Source of the DNA: a virus | Lineage: Duplodnaviria > Caudoviricetes | Length of the DNA stretch: 64,000 nt | Reading direction: 5' to 3' (one strand) | IMG/VR virus record: IMGVR_UViG_3300031949_000031 | Location: 312 to 64,311 of that record | In this document: positions 41,186 through 50,851 of the stretch, piece by piece | Layout of the letters: every line of letters starts with the position of its first letter | Numbering within the stretch: position 1 is the first letter of the stretch | Program-made: the position numbers and the translations under genes | The notes under the pieces: generated by a model | Database searches by the model: none | What the model was told of the DNA's origin: nothing | Seen by the model: only the letters and a program-made list of their open reading frames with translations

Positions 41186-41458
41186 ATGATGCACATACCA
41201 ACCGCACAACCCGTTAAAACGCGAAGCCGGACAGAGCAAATCGCCGAGCGGCTGGAGCAGATACCGGAAAGCCAGCAGGGAATCTACCGCAGGGCCATCG
41301 AGCGAAAGAGTATGGCGGCAGCCGTGAAAGCCTTCTGTTACGAGTGCATGGGATATTTGCGGGAGGAAGTGAAGGTCTGTACCGACCGTGCCTGCCCGCT
41401 ATGGATGTATCGACCGGGCCGCAGTACACAAAAAACAGTAGAGGTTCAGAATGTCTAA
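41186..41458 (+). CDS. Small Cys-rich protein
   Basis: AVKAFCYECMG...C....CPLW.YR. Confidence 0.7.
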   Translation: MMHIPTAQPVKTRSRTEQIAERLEQIPESQQGIYRRAIERKSMAAAVKAFCYECMGYLREEVKVCTDRACPLWMYRPGRSTQKTVEVQNV

Positions 41459-42017
41459 ACTAATATCCCTCACAAAAGGCCAATTTGCAATCGTTGATGA
41501 TGAAGATTATGACATCCTGAATCAGTGGAAGTGGCACGCATGTTGGAATAGGACAACTCAATCCTACACTGCAAGGCGTAGAAGACATAAGGAAGAAGAA
41601 GGGGGTTCTGTTCATGTGTTGATGCACCGTCAGATTTTGGATACTCCCGAAGATTCCCAGGTTGACCACGGGAATCATAATACCTTGGACAACCGAAGAT
41701 CCAACATTCATAACGCGACTGGTTCTGAAAATTGCCATAACCGGAGAAATATAAGGGGTTGTGTTTGGCATAAGCGAAAGAAGAAATGGATGGCAGCAAC
41801 AAAGATACATGGAAAATCCATTTTCTTGGGGTATTACGATACCGTGGTTGAAGCACAAAATGCCTATTGGGTGTTCAAATCAGCGAATGTAAGGCCCTTA
41901 TTTGTGTATCGTCCGGGCAGTGGCGCATCCAAGATGGCCAAAATAGGGCCGCCGTTGAGCGCAGAATCGACGAGCGGCCCCGTGAGCGGTAAATCCCCCA
42001 GCCAAAGCTTATTTTAA
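41451..42017 (+). CDS. HNH endonuclease with AP2-like domain
   Basis: LTKGQFAIVDDED, MHRQI, VDH.NHNTLDNRRSN, FLGYY. Confidence 0.9.
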   Translation: MSKLISLTKGQFAIVDDEDYDILNQWKWHACWNRTTQSYTARRRRHKEEEGGSVHVLMHRQILDTPEDSQVDHGNHNTLDNRRSNIHNATGSENCHNRRNIRGCVWHKRKKKWMAATKIHGKSIFLGYYDTVVEAQNAYWVFKSANVRPLFVYRPGSGASKMAKIGPPLSAESTSGPVSGKSPSQSLF

Positions 42018-42074
42018 GCCTAACTGTGGAATTGAGGCATATTGATAGTTCTTTGACAAGTGAACGGGAAACAT

Positions 42075-43100
42075 AACACTGCTTGCACACTTAACCGGCT
42101 GTTGCAAGCAGCCTTTTTCAGGGGCCTACGGGCCTCTGCAATCATGCCAGACGAGACGTGACTCAAACGGGACGTATGCCTTGCAGGAGAAAAAGCTAAG
42201 TCCCGCTTGTTTGATGAACCCTGCCCGTCTCTCTGGCTCCAAACTAATCTTCGGCGGCGGCGTGGTGACGCGATAGCGTTTGTTGAGTTTGCGGAAGGTA
42301 CTTGAAACAAAGTTAGAGTAGCAGGAAGAAAAGTTAACTACACTGCGAGGGTACGCTTTGTGGACAGGGGCAAACACACCCGATAAGCCCGTGCATGGGA
42401 CACTACTTATTCTGCCCGCCGAAGATTCCAAACTTGCTGGCGGCGGCGCCGATGGGTGCGAGGATTCACGACTCTGGGGGAAAGCGGAATAATGTGAACC
42501 GTCCCCCAAGCCGCCAGCATTGTCAACTTCTCAGGGCCGCCCTTGCTCCCTCCTCGGGCCGGATGTCTTCTCCTTAAGGTAATGCTAATGCCTCGCTACG
42601 GCATTCGCTCTCCATCAGACTCCGGCCCGTTTTGGCTCTCGTAGTTTAGTGGCAGAATATCGGGGTTTCGTCCCGATGGCCTGAGTTCGATTCTCAGCGA
42701 GAGTACGTGGCGTGGGCGGCAGCGTTTTACGGATGGCAGACGTGCCAAAGCGTAAGTTTATAAAGTTCTGCCCGCCCACATCTTTGAGAACAGCGGCGAA
42801 AGCCGTTCACAAAGCTCAAGAGTGCGCCTCGCTTTCCGTGAGCGGTAGAACGGCGTCCCCTGCCCCAGGGGGTGATCTGGGGCTGCTACGCACGGGAAAG
42901 GGTCGTGTGCCATACTCGACGGCAAAATTCGAGCGAGCCGGTGGAAGGCCGGAATACTTTGAAAACTGAATATCCCCGCTTGAAGGGGGCGTTTATGGGG
43001 CAATGGCGGAGATGTGGCAACGTCGCAGCAGGCGCCGCTCTTCCGTGCGCGACAGTGGCTACCACCGCGTAGTAAGGGGAATCCTGCCCGCCATTGCCCG
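42075..43100 (+). ncRNA. Non-coding region of tandem stem-closed RNA domains
   Basis: Several long inverted-repeat pairs; no credible ORF; contains a tRNA. Confidence 0.55.
42635..42705 (+). tRNA. tRNA-Glu(TTC)-like, atypical
   Basis: GCTCTCG/CGAGAGT acceptor, TAGTGG D loop, TCGGG-GTTTCGT-CCCGA, CTGAG-TTCGATT-CTCAG. Confidence 0.7.
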
Positions 43101-43155
43101 GCATTTTCACGACGAAAGGACGAGCTTATGAAAACACTTTTCAGAAAGGAAATTT

Positions 43156-44058
43156 ATGGGTAACTCAAATTGGAATTCAAGTAGTTATGGAAACTACTCC
43201 CGAAGTGTGGCCGGGAAAAGCCAGCAACAAATTTTCACACAGACCCAATGTCACCCGGATTTGGACCCCAGTAAGTTCAATATCCGAGAGTCCTTCGATT
43301 CGCCTGCGAATCCGGCATCCACTCCCGTCATTGTGGCTGTCGATGAGACGGGGTCAATGGGTATTCTCGCTGAGAACATTATCAAGCGAGGTCTCGGTGT
43401 GATTGTCGAGGGTATTATCAACCGCAAGCCCATTGCCGACCCACATATTTTGCTGGCGGCGGTTGGGGACGCCTATTGTGACAGTGCTCCGATTCAGGTC
43501 ACACAGTTCGAGTCAGACGTGGTCATTACCAAACAGATTGAGAATTTCTATCTTGAGGGCAATGGCGGCGGCAACGGCGGCGAATCCTATCCCCTCGTAT
43601 GGTGGTTCGCCTTGAACAAGACTCATTGCGACGCCATCAACATCAGGAACCGCAAAGGCTATCTGTTTACCATCGGCGACGAAGCTTACCATCCGGTTCT
43701 GGCACGAGATCATATCAAGCGGTTCCTCAACGGCGACGTAGAAGCCGATGTGCCAGTAGCAGAGTTGTTGGTCGATCTTCAAGAGAAGTGGGAAGTCTTT
43801 CACCTGATTACGCCGACAGGGGCCACGGAAGGCCAGAACGCCAAGACCAAGTGGCGTGAAATTCTCGGCGAGCGAGTTGTCGTCATCGATGATTGGGAAC
43901 GGCTTGGCGAAGTCATTGTCTCGGCCATGCAAATCAATGAAGGCCAGGACGCCAATCAGGTCCTCAATTCATGGGACGGCAAGACAAATATCGTCGTGCG
44001 GAACGCACTGGGGAGCATGGCGCCTGCAAAGCAGGCTTTGGAGATTCAGGAGATATGA
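43156..44058 (+). CDS. vWA domain protein
   Basis: MIDAS-like DETGSMG, GNGGGNGGESY, FTIGDE. Confidence 0.85.
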   Translation: MGNSNWNSSSYGNYSRSVAGKSQQQIFTQTQCHPDLDPSKFNIRESFDSPANPASTPVIVAVDETGSMGILAENIIKRGLGVIVEGIINRKPIADPHILLAAVGDAYCDSAPIQVTQFESDVVITKQIENFYLEGNGGGNGGESYPLVWWFALNKTHCDAINIRNRKGYLFTIGDEAYHPVLARDHIKRFLNGDVEADVPVAELLVDLQEKWEVFHLITPTGATEGQNAKTKWREILGERVVVIDDWERLGEVIVSAMQINEGQDANQVLNSWDGKTNIVVRNALGSMAPAKQALEIQEI

Positions 44059-45221
44059 GAGCGGTTGCGGTCATAGGCGCAAACTTTGGCGATGAAGGCA
44101 AAGGCCGGATAACCGACCAAATCGCGGCGACAGCCGAAAGCCCCGTTGTTGTGGTTCGCTACAATGGCGGGGCTCAGGCTGGGCATACGGTCGTTACGCC
44201 GGAAGGTCTTGAGCATATCTTCGCACATTTCGGCAGCGGAACGCTTGCGGGTGCGGCGACATACTTGAGCGATTTCTTCATCGGCAATCCTTTTTTGTGG
44301 GCGATTGAGCAAAAGACGCTTATCGAAAAAGGCATTGCTCCGCGATTAGTTATCCACCCGTGTATGCCATTGAGCACGCCCTATGACATGCTCATCAATC
44401 GGGAAGCGGAAACATGGCGGGGCCAAGGCCGTCATGGTTCTTGCGGCTACGGAGTAGCAGAAACAGTTGAGAGATTGTGCAAGACACCTTACAGAACACT
44501 CGTCAAGGATGCCAAGTCAAAAGAGTATCGGGAACTCATTCTGACTATTCGGGACAAATACGCGACGAAACGCTTGAGTGATTTAGGCATAAAACAACCG
44601 TCCGACTGGTTCAAAGAATCGTTGGTTTCCGATGGATTGCTGTCTCAATATTTTGACGAACTTGCCTTGCTCTTAAAGACTACCACACAAAAAAGAACTG
44701 CCTCACTGGCCGATTACAAGACAGTTATCTTTGAAGGTTCTCAGGGTTTGTGTCTTGATGAGCGACACAAATTCTTTCCACATGTTACCCGCAGCAAAAC
44801 CGGCTTATCGAACGTGACACATATCTGTACAAAGCTTGGCATTGGAACGATTGAAGTTATCTATATTACACGGGCTTATCTCACTCGTCACGGTGCGGGG
44901 CCATTGCCAACAGAAGACCCCAACTTGACTTATGAGGACAAAACAAACGCGGAGAATGAATGGCAAGGAAAACTCCGATTTGGTCATCTGGATATAGATT
45001 TGTTGGCGGAAAGCATCAAAAGTGACCTTGCCTCAACGACACTGAAAAAACAACCCAGCATAGCGATTACTTGTTTCGACCAGGTGCCGGACACGATGAA
45101 AGTGAAATGCCGCAATCAGATCAAAGAGATAGACAAAAATGCTTTGCCTGCCCTTGTTTCAAAAATCACAGGGATTAGCAAGATTATCATCAGCAAGAGT
45201 CGGCAACGGAAAGGAACCTGA
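44055..45221 (+). CDS. Adenylosuccinate synthetase-like protein (PurA family, not PurZ)
   Basis: GANFGDEGKG, RYNGGAQAGHTV, FEGSQG..LD, YLTRHGAGP, WQGKLRFG. Confidence 0.9.
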   Translation: MRAVAVIGANFGDEGKGRITDQIAATAESPVVVVRYNGGAQAGHTVVTPEGLEHIFAHFGSGTLAGAATYLSDFFIGNPFLWAIEQKTLIEKGIAPRLVIHPCMPLSTPYDMLINREAETWRGQGRHGSCGYGVAETVERLCKTPYRTLVKDAKSKEYRELILTIRDKYATKRLSDLGIKQPSDWFKESLVSDGLLSQYFDELALLLKTTTQKRTASLADYKTVIFEGSQGLCLDERHKFFPHVTRSKTGLSNVTHICTKLGIGTIEVIYITRAYLTRHGAGPLPTEDPNLTYEDKTNAENEWQGKLRFGHLDIDLLAESIKSDLASTTLKKQPSIAITCFDQVPDTMKVKCRNQIKEIDKNALPALVSKITGISKIIISKSRQRKGT

Positions 45222-45223
45222 CC

Positions 45224-45691
45224 ATGAAGACATTGACTCAAACTGTAAACCTGATGGGCCTGATGGTCTCGGCCTTTGCCATCGGCTACATCGTCGGGCT
45301 GAATCCGGCCCTGCCGCCGGCATCGTCAGAAGTGGCAGAAGTGACACAACAGGCACAGGGTGAATCGTTTATTGCCACGGTTAGCGCCTATTGTGCCGGG
45401 GAGTGCTGCTGCGCTGGCTCCGCCGACGGGATTACCGCCAACGGGCACCGCATCAAGCCCGGCGAGAAATTCGTTGCCGCCGACAAGCGGTTCGCGTTCG
45501 GCACGATGCTTGAGATTCCCGACTACGGGACCGTGCCGGTGATCGACCGCGGCGGGAAAATCAAGGGTGATAAAATCGACGTGTTTTTCGATGATGACCC
45601 ACAAAATGGCTTGACAGGCCATCAAAGAGCACTCGAATGGGGCGTGAAGCATCTTGTGGTAGAAATCGAAAGGAGAAATCCGTGCCGATAG
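45224..45691 (+). CDS. 3D-domain lytic transglycosylase-like protein with N-terminal TM segment
   Basis: VSAY, DGITANG, VAAD, DRGGKIKGDKIDVFF, ALEWG. Confidence 0.85.
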   Translation: MKTLTQTVNLMGLMVSAFAIGYIVGLNPALPPASSEVAEVTQQAQGESFIATVSAYCAGECCCAGSADGITANGHRIKPGEKFVAADKRFAFGTMLEIPDYGTVPVIDRGGKIKGDKIDVFFDDDPQNGLTGHQRALEWGVKHLVVEIERRNPCR

Positions 45692-47397
45692 CATGTCTCA
45701 AAACAGTACGGTCTTATGGCTGCAAGTATAAATGCGGACATCTGCATTACAAGCATCCCGACCCGATGGCAAAGCATGAAAAGTCATGCTGGCTAAACCC
45801 TGAAAATAAATGCTGTCAGACCTGCGAACATGAAGGCATTGAATACGATGACTGGCAATATCGTGTTTGTCACCATAAAGAAGGTGAAAAATTATTGGAT
45901 GCCGAAGTGGAAAAAAGCAAAAACCCAAGAGCATGGATAAAACACTGCCCATTTTGGACCCAAAAGGGCGTGAAAAATCTAAACGTAGGGATTTGCAGGT
46001 AAAGGAGAAACGAACAATGAATATGAACATATTGGAAAAAATTGGGCTTGGAATAATTTTGACAATCGGCGTAATTGGCTTTCTTGCATCGCTCACGGTA
46101 CTGTTGGCGTTTCCTATCAAATGGATTTGGAACGCAATCATGCCTTACTTGTTCGGCTGGAAATAAGAATGACTACGCCAGGCCAGTGATCGGGGACCGA
46201 GCCGCAGCAAAATAAGTGAGTACGGGTGCGGCGGGGGCAAGGAGGCCACCTGGCGATTAGGAGAAATGAATGAGACTTCTGAAAACACTAATCGAAATGC
46301 TCAAGGCCCTATGGATGCCGAGCGCATTCAGTGGCTTCGGTGCCGAGAAAAAGACGTTACCTCTGCAAACTGAGCCGGACTTCGTCACGGATGGGACTGA
46401 GAGAAGGGGGCAGGGAAGCCCTTTCCGGCCTAACAAAAGGAGTTAATGATGAAACCATTAAGTAAATCTCAACCCATTAAAGAGCGATTGCAAAGACTGG
46501 AAGTCCATACTCGCAAACTGGAACAACAAGTCCACAAACTTCTTACGGAAACGAGAATGTTGGCCATTAACTTAACCCGGAGAATCGACAACATCCACGA
46601 CGAGGAGGCCCAGCCATGACGGCGAATCTTAACCGATTCAATTGCGGCGTCACGCCGTCGGCGTTTGACGGATTCGGAGGTGAAAAATGAGACGCAACAC
46701 AGACCCAACCTGCGAACATTGCGGCAATGACTTTGGGCTGAGCTTTGACGTGCATTGCGCCGCCGGCCAGGGCCTGCCGCATTGCCAGGACCATCGCGGC
46801 CAGTGCGCCATCTGTCTCGACCTGTTCTGCACGGAGAGCCTGACCGAGATCGAGACAGGCGAAATGGTCTGCGAGGAGTGCAAAGAGATTGCCATAACGC
46901 CGTTGCACGTCGCAGCCAAGAAAGCGGCAAGGACGGGAACGCAGAGAGACTTGAAGGCATATCTCAAAGCTAAAAGGGACGTAGCATGAGCAGTTGTGAA
47001 AAATGTTGGTCCGATGCTTATCGCTTGGAACTTGCCGGCGAAGGCGACCAACCGAGAATTTATGCACGGCTTATAAGAGAACGCAAAGACAATCCCTGTA
47101 CGCCGAAAGAACAGGCCGGACCGGATGCCCGAATCTGCCCGGATTGTAAACGCAAAACCGTGCACCAAAACACGGGTGAATGTATGGTTTGTCACAAGAG
47201 ATATTCAGAATAGAAAGAAGGTGAAACATGGAGAAGCAGATTGTTGACCAGATCAAGAAATTCATTGGCGAGAGCAGGGCCGACGAGACCATGAAGGACC
47301 TGCGAAAGACCAGCTATGTGCGTGGCTATCAGGCCGCCATCAGCGACATCGACAGACTCATCCAGTTCGCCGAATCGCTCAAGAAGGGGGCTTGACG

Positions 47398-48351
47398 ATG
47401 GTTCTGACGCCCGAACCCGGTATTTACCCAGGTGTTCCGTCTTCGGAATACCAGCAATGGTGCGCCGTGAACGACTCATTCTTGAGCATCCTCATCAATC
47501 GCTCCCCGGCCCACGCCAAGGCGTACAAGGAGCAACCGCAGGAGCCCACAGAGGCCCTGATTGTCGGTAACGCCCTGCACACGCGGGTATTGGAGCCTTC
47601 GCTGTTTCCCTCTCGCTATGCCGTGCGGCCCGTCTGTGACCGGAGAACTAAAGAGGGCAAGGCGATGTATGAAGGCTTTGCCGAAACGCTGGACGACCGG
47701 CAGGAATTGACGGATGAGCAAGTCGCCAAGATCAATCGTATGGCCCTGTCGCTCGAACAGCACAGCTTCCATCGGTACATCGAGCAGGGCCAGTTTGAGG
47801 TCTGTATCGTTTGGCGGGACCGCAAGACAGACTTGCTGTGCAAGGCCCGGCTGGACTACTGGCAGGAGGCCCTCAGCGTGATCGTGGACCTCAAAACCTG
47901 CCGGGACGCCTCATTTGACGCCTTCGGGCTTGCCGTGTATCGCTATCAGTACTACCAGAAGGCGGCCTGGTATTGCGACGGCCTAAAGACGTTGACGAAG
48001 GGCTCTCCATCCTTTGTCTTTATGGCCCTGGAGAAAGAGCCTCCGTATGCCTGCGCCGCCTATCAACTCGCCGACGATGCGATTGTCGGCGGGCGCAAGG
48101 CGTACCGCAGGGCATTGAGCATCTATCAGGAATGTGTAGCAACGAATTACTGGCCCGGATACTCCGACCGCATTGAAATACTCACGTTGCCCGAATGGGC
48201 GATGAACCGGTTAGGGGTCGGCCAATACAATCTAATCCGGGAGGACGAACAAAATGAGCAAAACGATGAACCCCAAGACAAACAATTCAGCAGTGGAACC
48301 ATCGACACCGATTGGGACGAGCTTGAGCGTGACGCGCGCCAGTCCGACTGA
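47398..48351 (+). CDS. RecE/exonuclease VIII-like PD-(D/E)xK nuclease
   Basis: GNALHTRVLEP, CKARLD, IVDLKT, Y..KAAWY, EKEPPY. Confidence 0.9.
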   Translation: MVLTPEPGIYPGVPSSEYQQWCAVNDSFLSILINRSPAHAKAYKEQPQEPTEALIVGNALHTRVLEPSLFPSRYAVRPVCDRRTKEGKAMYEGFAETLDDRQELTDEQVAKINRMALSLEQHSFHRYIEQGQFEVCIVWRDRKTDLLCKARLDYWQEALSVIVDLKTCRDASFDAFGLAVYRYQYYQKAAWYCDGLKTLTKGSPSFVFMALEKEPPYACAAYQLADDAIVGGRKAYRRALSIYQECVATNYWPGYSDRIEILTLPEWAMNRLGVGQYNLIREDEQNEQNDEPQDKQFSSGTIDTDWDELERDARQSD

Positions 48352-49147
48352 GCCGGTGACGCCAAACCAGCTTTTGGTTTTGGCGGTCGAGGCCAAGGCG
48401 GACCCCGCTCAGCTCGAAAAGCTCATGGAATTGCAGTTTCGGTGGGAGGCCAATCAGGCCAAGAAGGCTTACGTCGAAGCCATGTCGAAGTTCCGTTCTC
48501 AGTGTCCTGAGATCGACAAGGGCAAGCAGGTCGATTTTACGACGAGCAAGGGGCGAACCAATTACAAATACCCCGGTCTGTCGGAGTCCATCAACGCGAT
48601 TAAGATGCTGCTTAGCGAGTGCGGCCTGTCCCATTCGTGGAAGACCCGCCAAACGGAGGCGGCTATCCACGTGACCTGCATCGTGACGCATATCCTGGGA
48701 CACAGCGAGGAAACCACGTTGAGCGCACCATCGGACACGACCGGCAACAAAAACATGATCCAGGCCATCGGCTCGACCGTGTCCTATCTGGAACGCTATA
48801 CCCTATTTGCCCTGCTGGGCCTGGCACCGAAGGATATGGACAACGACGGAGGCAACGGCAACGGCGACAACACGGCGAAAACACAGAAGCAGCTCATTGA
48901 AACCCTGATTGACGACGCTTGGAAACTCTACGCCGTTAGACACCAAGCGGTACTATCGCCGGGTTTTAGCGTCGATCCCGCGAAGTTCAAAAATGAGCTG
49001 CGCGCGCAATACAAGACCCTTCCCGAGAACGAACGTAATCTCTTTCGCTGGACAAAAGAACACGTTGAAAAGCTCGCCGGACAAATCAACGTCAATACGG
49101 TGATAACCAAGGAGGGGCGCAATGGCACACGAACAGAGGGACAATAG
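48254..49147 (+). CDS. ERF-family single-strand annealing protein
   Basis: QAIGSTVSYLERYTL..LLGL...D.DG. Confidence 0.9.
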   Translation: MSKTMNPKTNNSAVEPSTPIGTSLSVTRASPTEPVTPNQLLVLAVEAKADPAQLEKLMELQFRWEANQAKKAYVEAMSKFRSQCPEIDKGKQVDFTTSKGRTNYKYPGLSESINAIKMLLSECGLSHSWKTRQTEAAIHVTCIVTHILGHSEETTLSAPSDTTGNKNMIQAIGSTVSYLERYTLFALLGLAPKDMDNDGGNGNGDNTAKTQKQLIETLIDDAWKLYAVRHQAVLSPGFSVDPAKFKNELRAQYKTLPENERNLFRWTKEHVEKLAGQINVNTVITKEGRNGTRTEGQ

Positions 49148-49367
49148 CGGCGTTCTGTTCCAGAACCGTAAGCGCACCAGCGACAAGGCCCCGTCGATGC
49201 GCGGTCATGGCCAGCCAGTCTGCCCGCATTGCGGAGCCGTCGCAGAGTTGTGGATTTCGGCCTGGACAAAGGACGGCGAAGGCGGCAAGTTCCTGTCGCT
49301 GAGTTTCCAACCGAAAGAAAAAAAGACCGTGCAACAGAAAATTGACCAAGCGAACGATCCGTTTTGA
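49122..49367 (+). CDS. Small ssDNA-binding protein-like
   Basis: GVLF.N, WISAW, GKFLSLS, terminal DPF. Confidence 0.7.
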   Translation: MAHEQRDNSGVLFQNRKRTSDKAPSMRGHGQPVCPHCGAVAELWISAWTKDGEGGKFLSLSFQPKEKKTVQQKIDQANDPF

Positions 49368-49834
49368 CGCCCTTGGACCGGCGGCGGTAAAGTTTGCGGT
49401 GCGCTCGCGTGACAGAAGCCGCTATAGGTAATAGCGAGACCGTCGCCGGTCTTTTTGAAACGAAAGGAGAAAAATCAGATGAGTGAGTTAGACAGGTACA
49501 AAGAAGCACAACGCGGGCATGAACAGATGTGCGAGATCATCAATGAATGCAAGCCACTAATTGCGAGTGTTTCGACGCACCGCGCGGGACATCACGTCGA
49601 GTTTCAATTTCGCTTCGAGGGCGGTACGCCATACCATTCGCGCCTTGGCGAAATGCTCGGCAAGGCGTGCGGAGTCAAGCTCCAGGAATTGGTCGAGACG
49701 GCACGGCTGATAAGCGCAGCCGATCTCGCCGCTCTGGCCCAGGCCGCCCAGGATGAGGCCGTCGAGACGCTGAAAACCATCACAGTAGAGAAGGACTAAC
49801 CGCTTGCCCGCCTTTTGACAAGTTAGGAGCAACC

Positions 49835-50851
49835 ATGAATGAGAAGATAGAACAGGCGATTGAACAACTGCGAATACGCAAGGAAATCAAGAGCCAACTA
49901 TGTCAAGAGGATTGTGTTGAAGAGGCTCTTGCCCTTCTGGAATCCTGCAAGGCCGAGCCTGCCGCCGAGCCGACACTTACATGGGACAAGCCTCTAAGCT
50001 CAGATCAAGCAGTTAAGTACTTCCTCACAAATGGTTTTGTCGCTGTGGAATTGTATCGGGCACAGATCAAACGCCTCGACGCCCAGCAGAAGGAAAACGA
50101 GAGGCTGACCTCCGAAATCAAGGAACTCAAAGAGCGTAACGCAAATCTTTGGTCGGTCAATAACATATTCCAGAAAGCAAGAAATGATGCTGAAAGTGCC
50201 CTGGAAACCGAAAAAGAACACAGTGGAACTATCGGTAGAGCAAATGAAGCGTTAACGAAAGAGATTGACCGCCTGACCGCCGAGAACAAGGCCCAGGCCG
50301 AGCGGATTGCAGAATTGGTAACTGAAAACGAAATGCGGATAAACGACCAAGTGAAATCACTGAAGGAGGCGAAACGGGATTGTGAGCAATGGTCTGATAT
50401 ATCCGACAAGAAAGATAAGCGGATTGAGAAGCTGGAAAACTTCATTCTCGATGAACCAGAGGCGACAAATGTTAAAGGGATAGCAGCCATGAATGAGAAG
50501 ATAGAACAGGCGATTGAACAACTGCGAATACGCAAGGAAATCAAGAGCCAACTATGTCAAGAGGATTGTGTTGAAGAGGCTCTTGCCCTTCTGGAATCCT
50601 GCAAGGCCGAGCCTGCCGCCGAGCCGGGGGAATTTACAAAGCATATTCGGGATATTCTAAACTCTCACGCCCTCTATGAAGCCTGTTGCCGTAAGCAGAT
50701 TGACCGCCTGACCGCCGAGAACACTAAGCTGAAAGAGCGGATTGAGAAGCTGGAGATCGCTTTGGAAGAGATCAAGCAGATTGCTCGAACGGCATCCCGC
50801 CACGAGATATTCGGGATTGCAAACGAGGCCCTCGGCAAGGAGAAAACATGA
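49835..50851 (+). CDS. Coiled-coil protein with internal duplication
   Basis: 46-aa N-terminus repeated exactly. Confidence 0.7.
   Translation: MNEKIEQAIEQLRIRKEIKSQLCQEDCVEEALALLESCKAEPAAEPTLTWDKPLSSDQAVKYFLTNGFVAVELYRAQIKRLDAQQKENERLTSEIKELKERNANLWSVNNIFQKARNDAESALETEKEHSGTIGRANEALTKEIDRLTAENKAQAERIAELVTENEMRINDQVKSLKEAKRDCEQWSDISDKKDKRIEKLENFILDEPEATNVKGIAAMNEKIEQAIEQLRIRKEIKSQLCQEDCVEEALALLESCKAEPAAEPGEFTKHIRDILNSHALYEACCRKQIDRLTAENTKLKERIEKLEIALEEIKQIARTASRHEIFGIANEALGKEKT

Noticed and set aside
44055-45221. PurZ / 2-aminoadenine genome
   Set aside because: GDEGKG (Asp) rather than the PurZ Ser motif; no DatZ, MazZ or DNA polymerase seen
49833-50626. Diversity-generating retroelement TR/VR pair
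   Set aside because: The copies are identical, with no A-specific mismatches, and no reverse transcriptase is present
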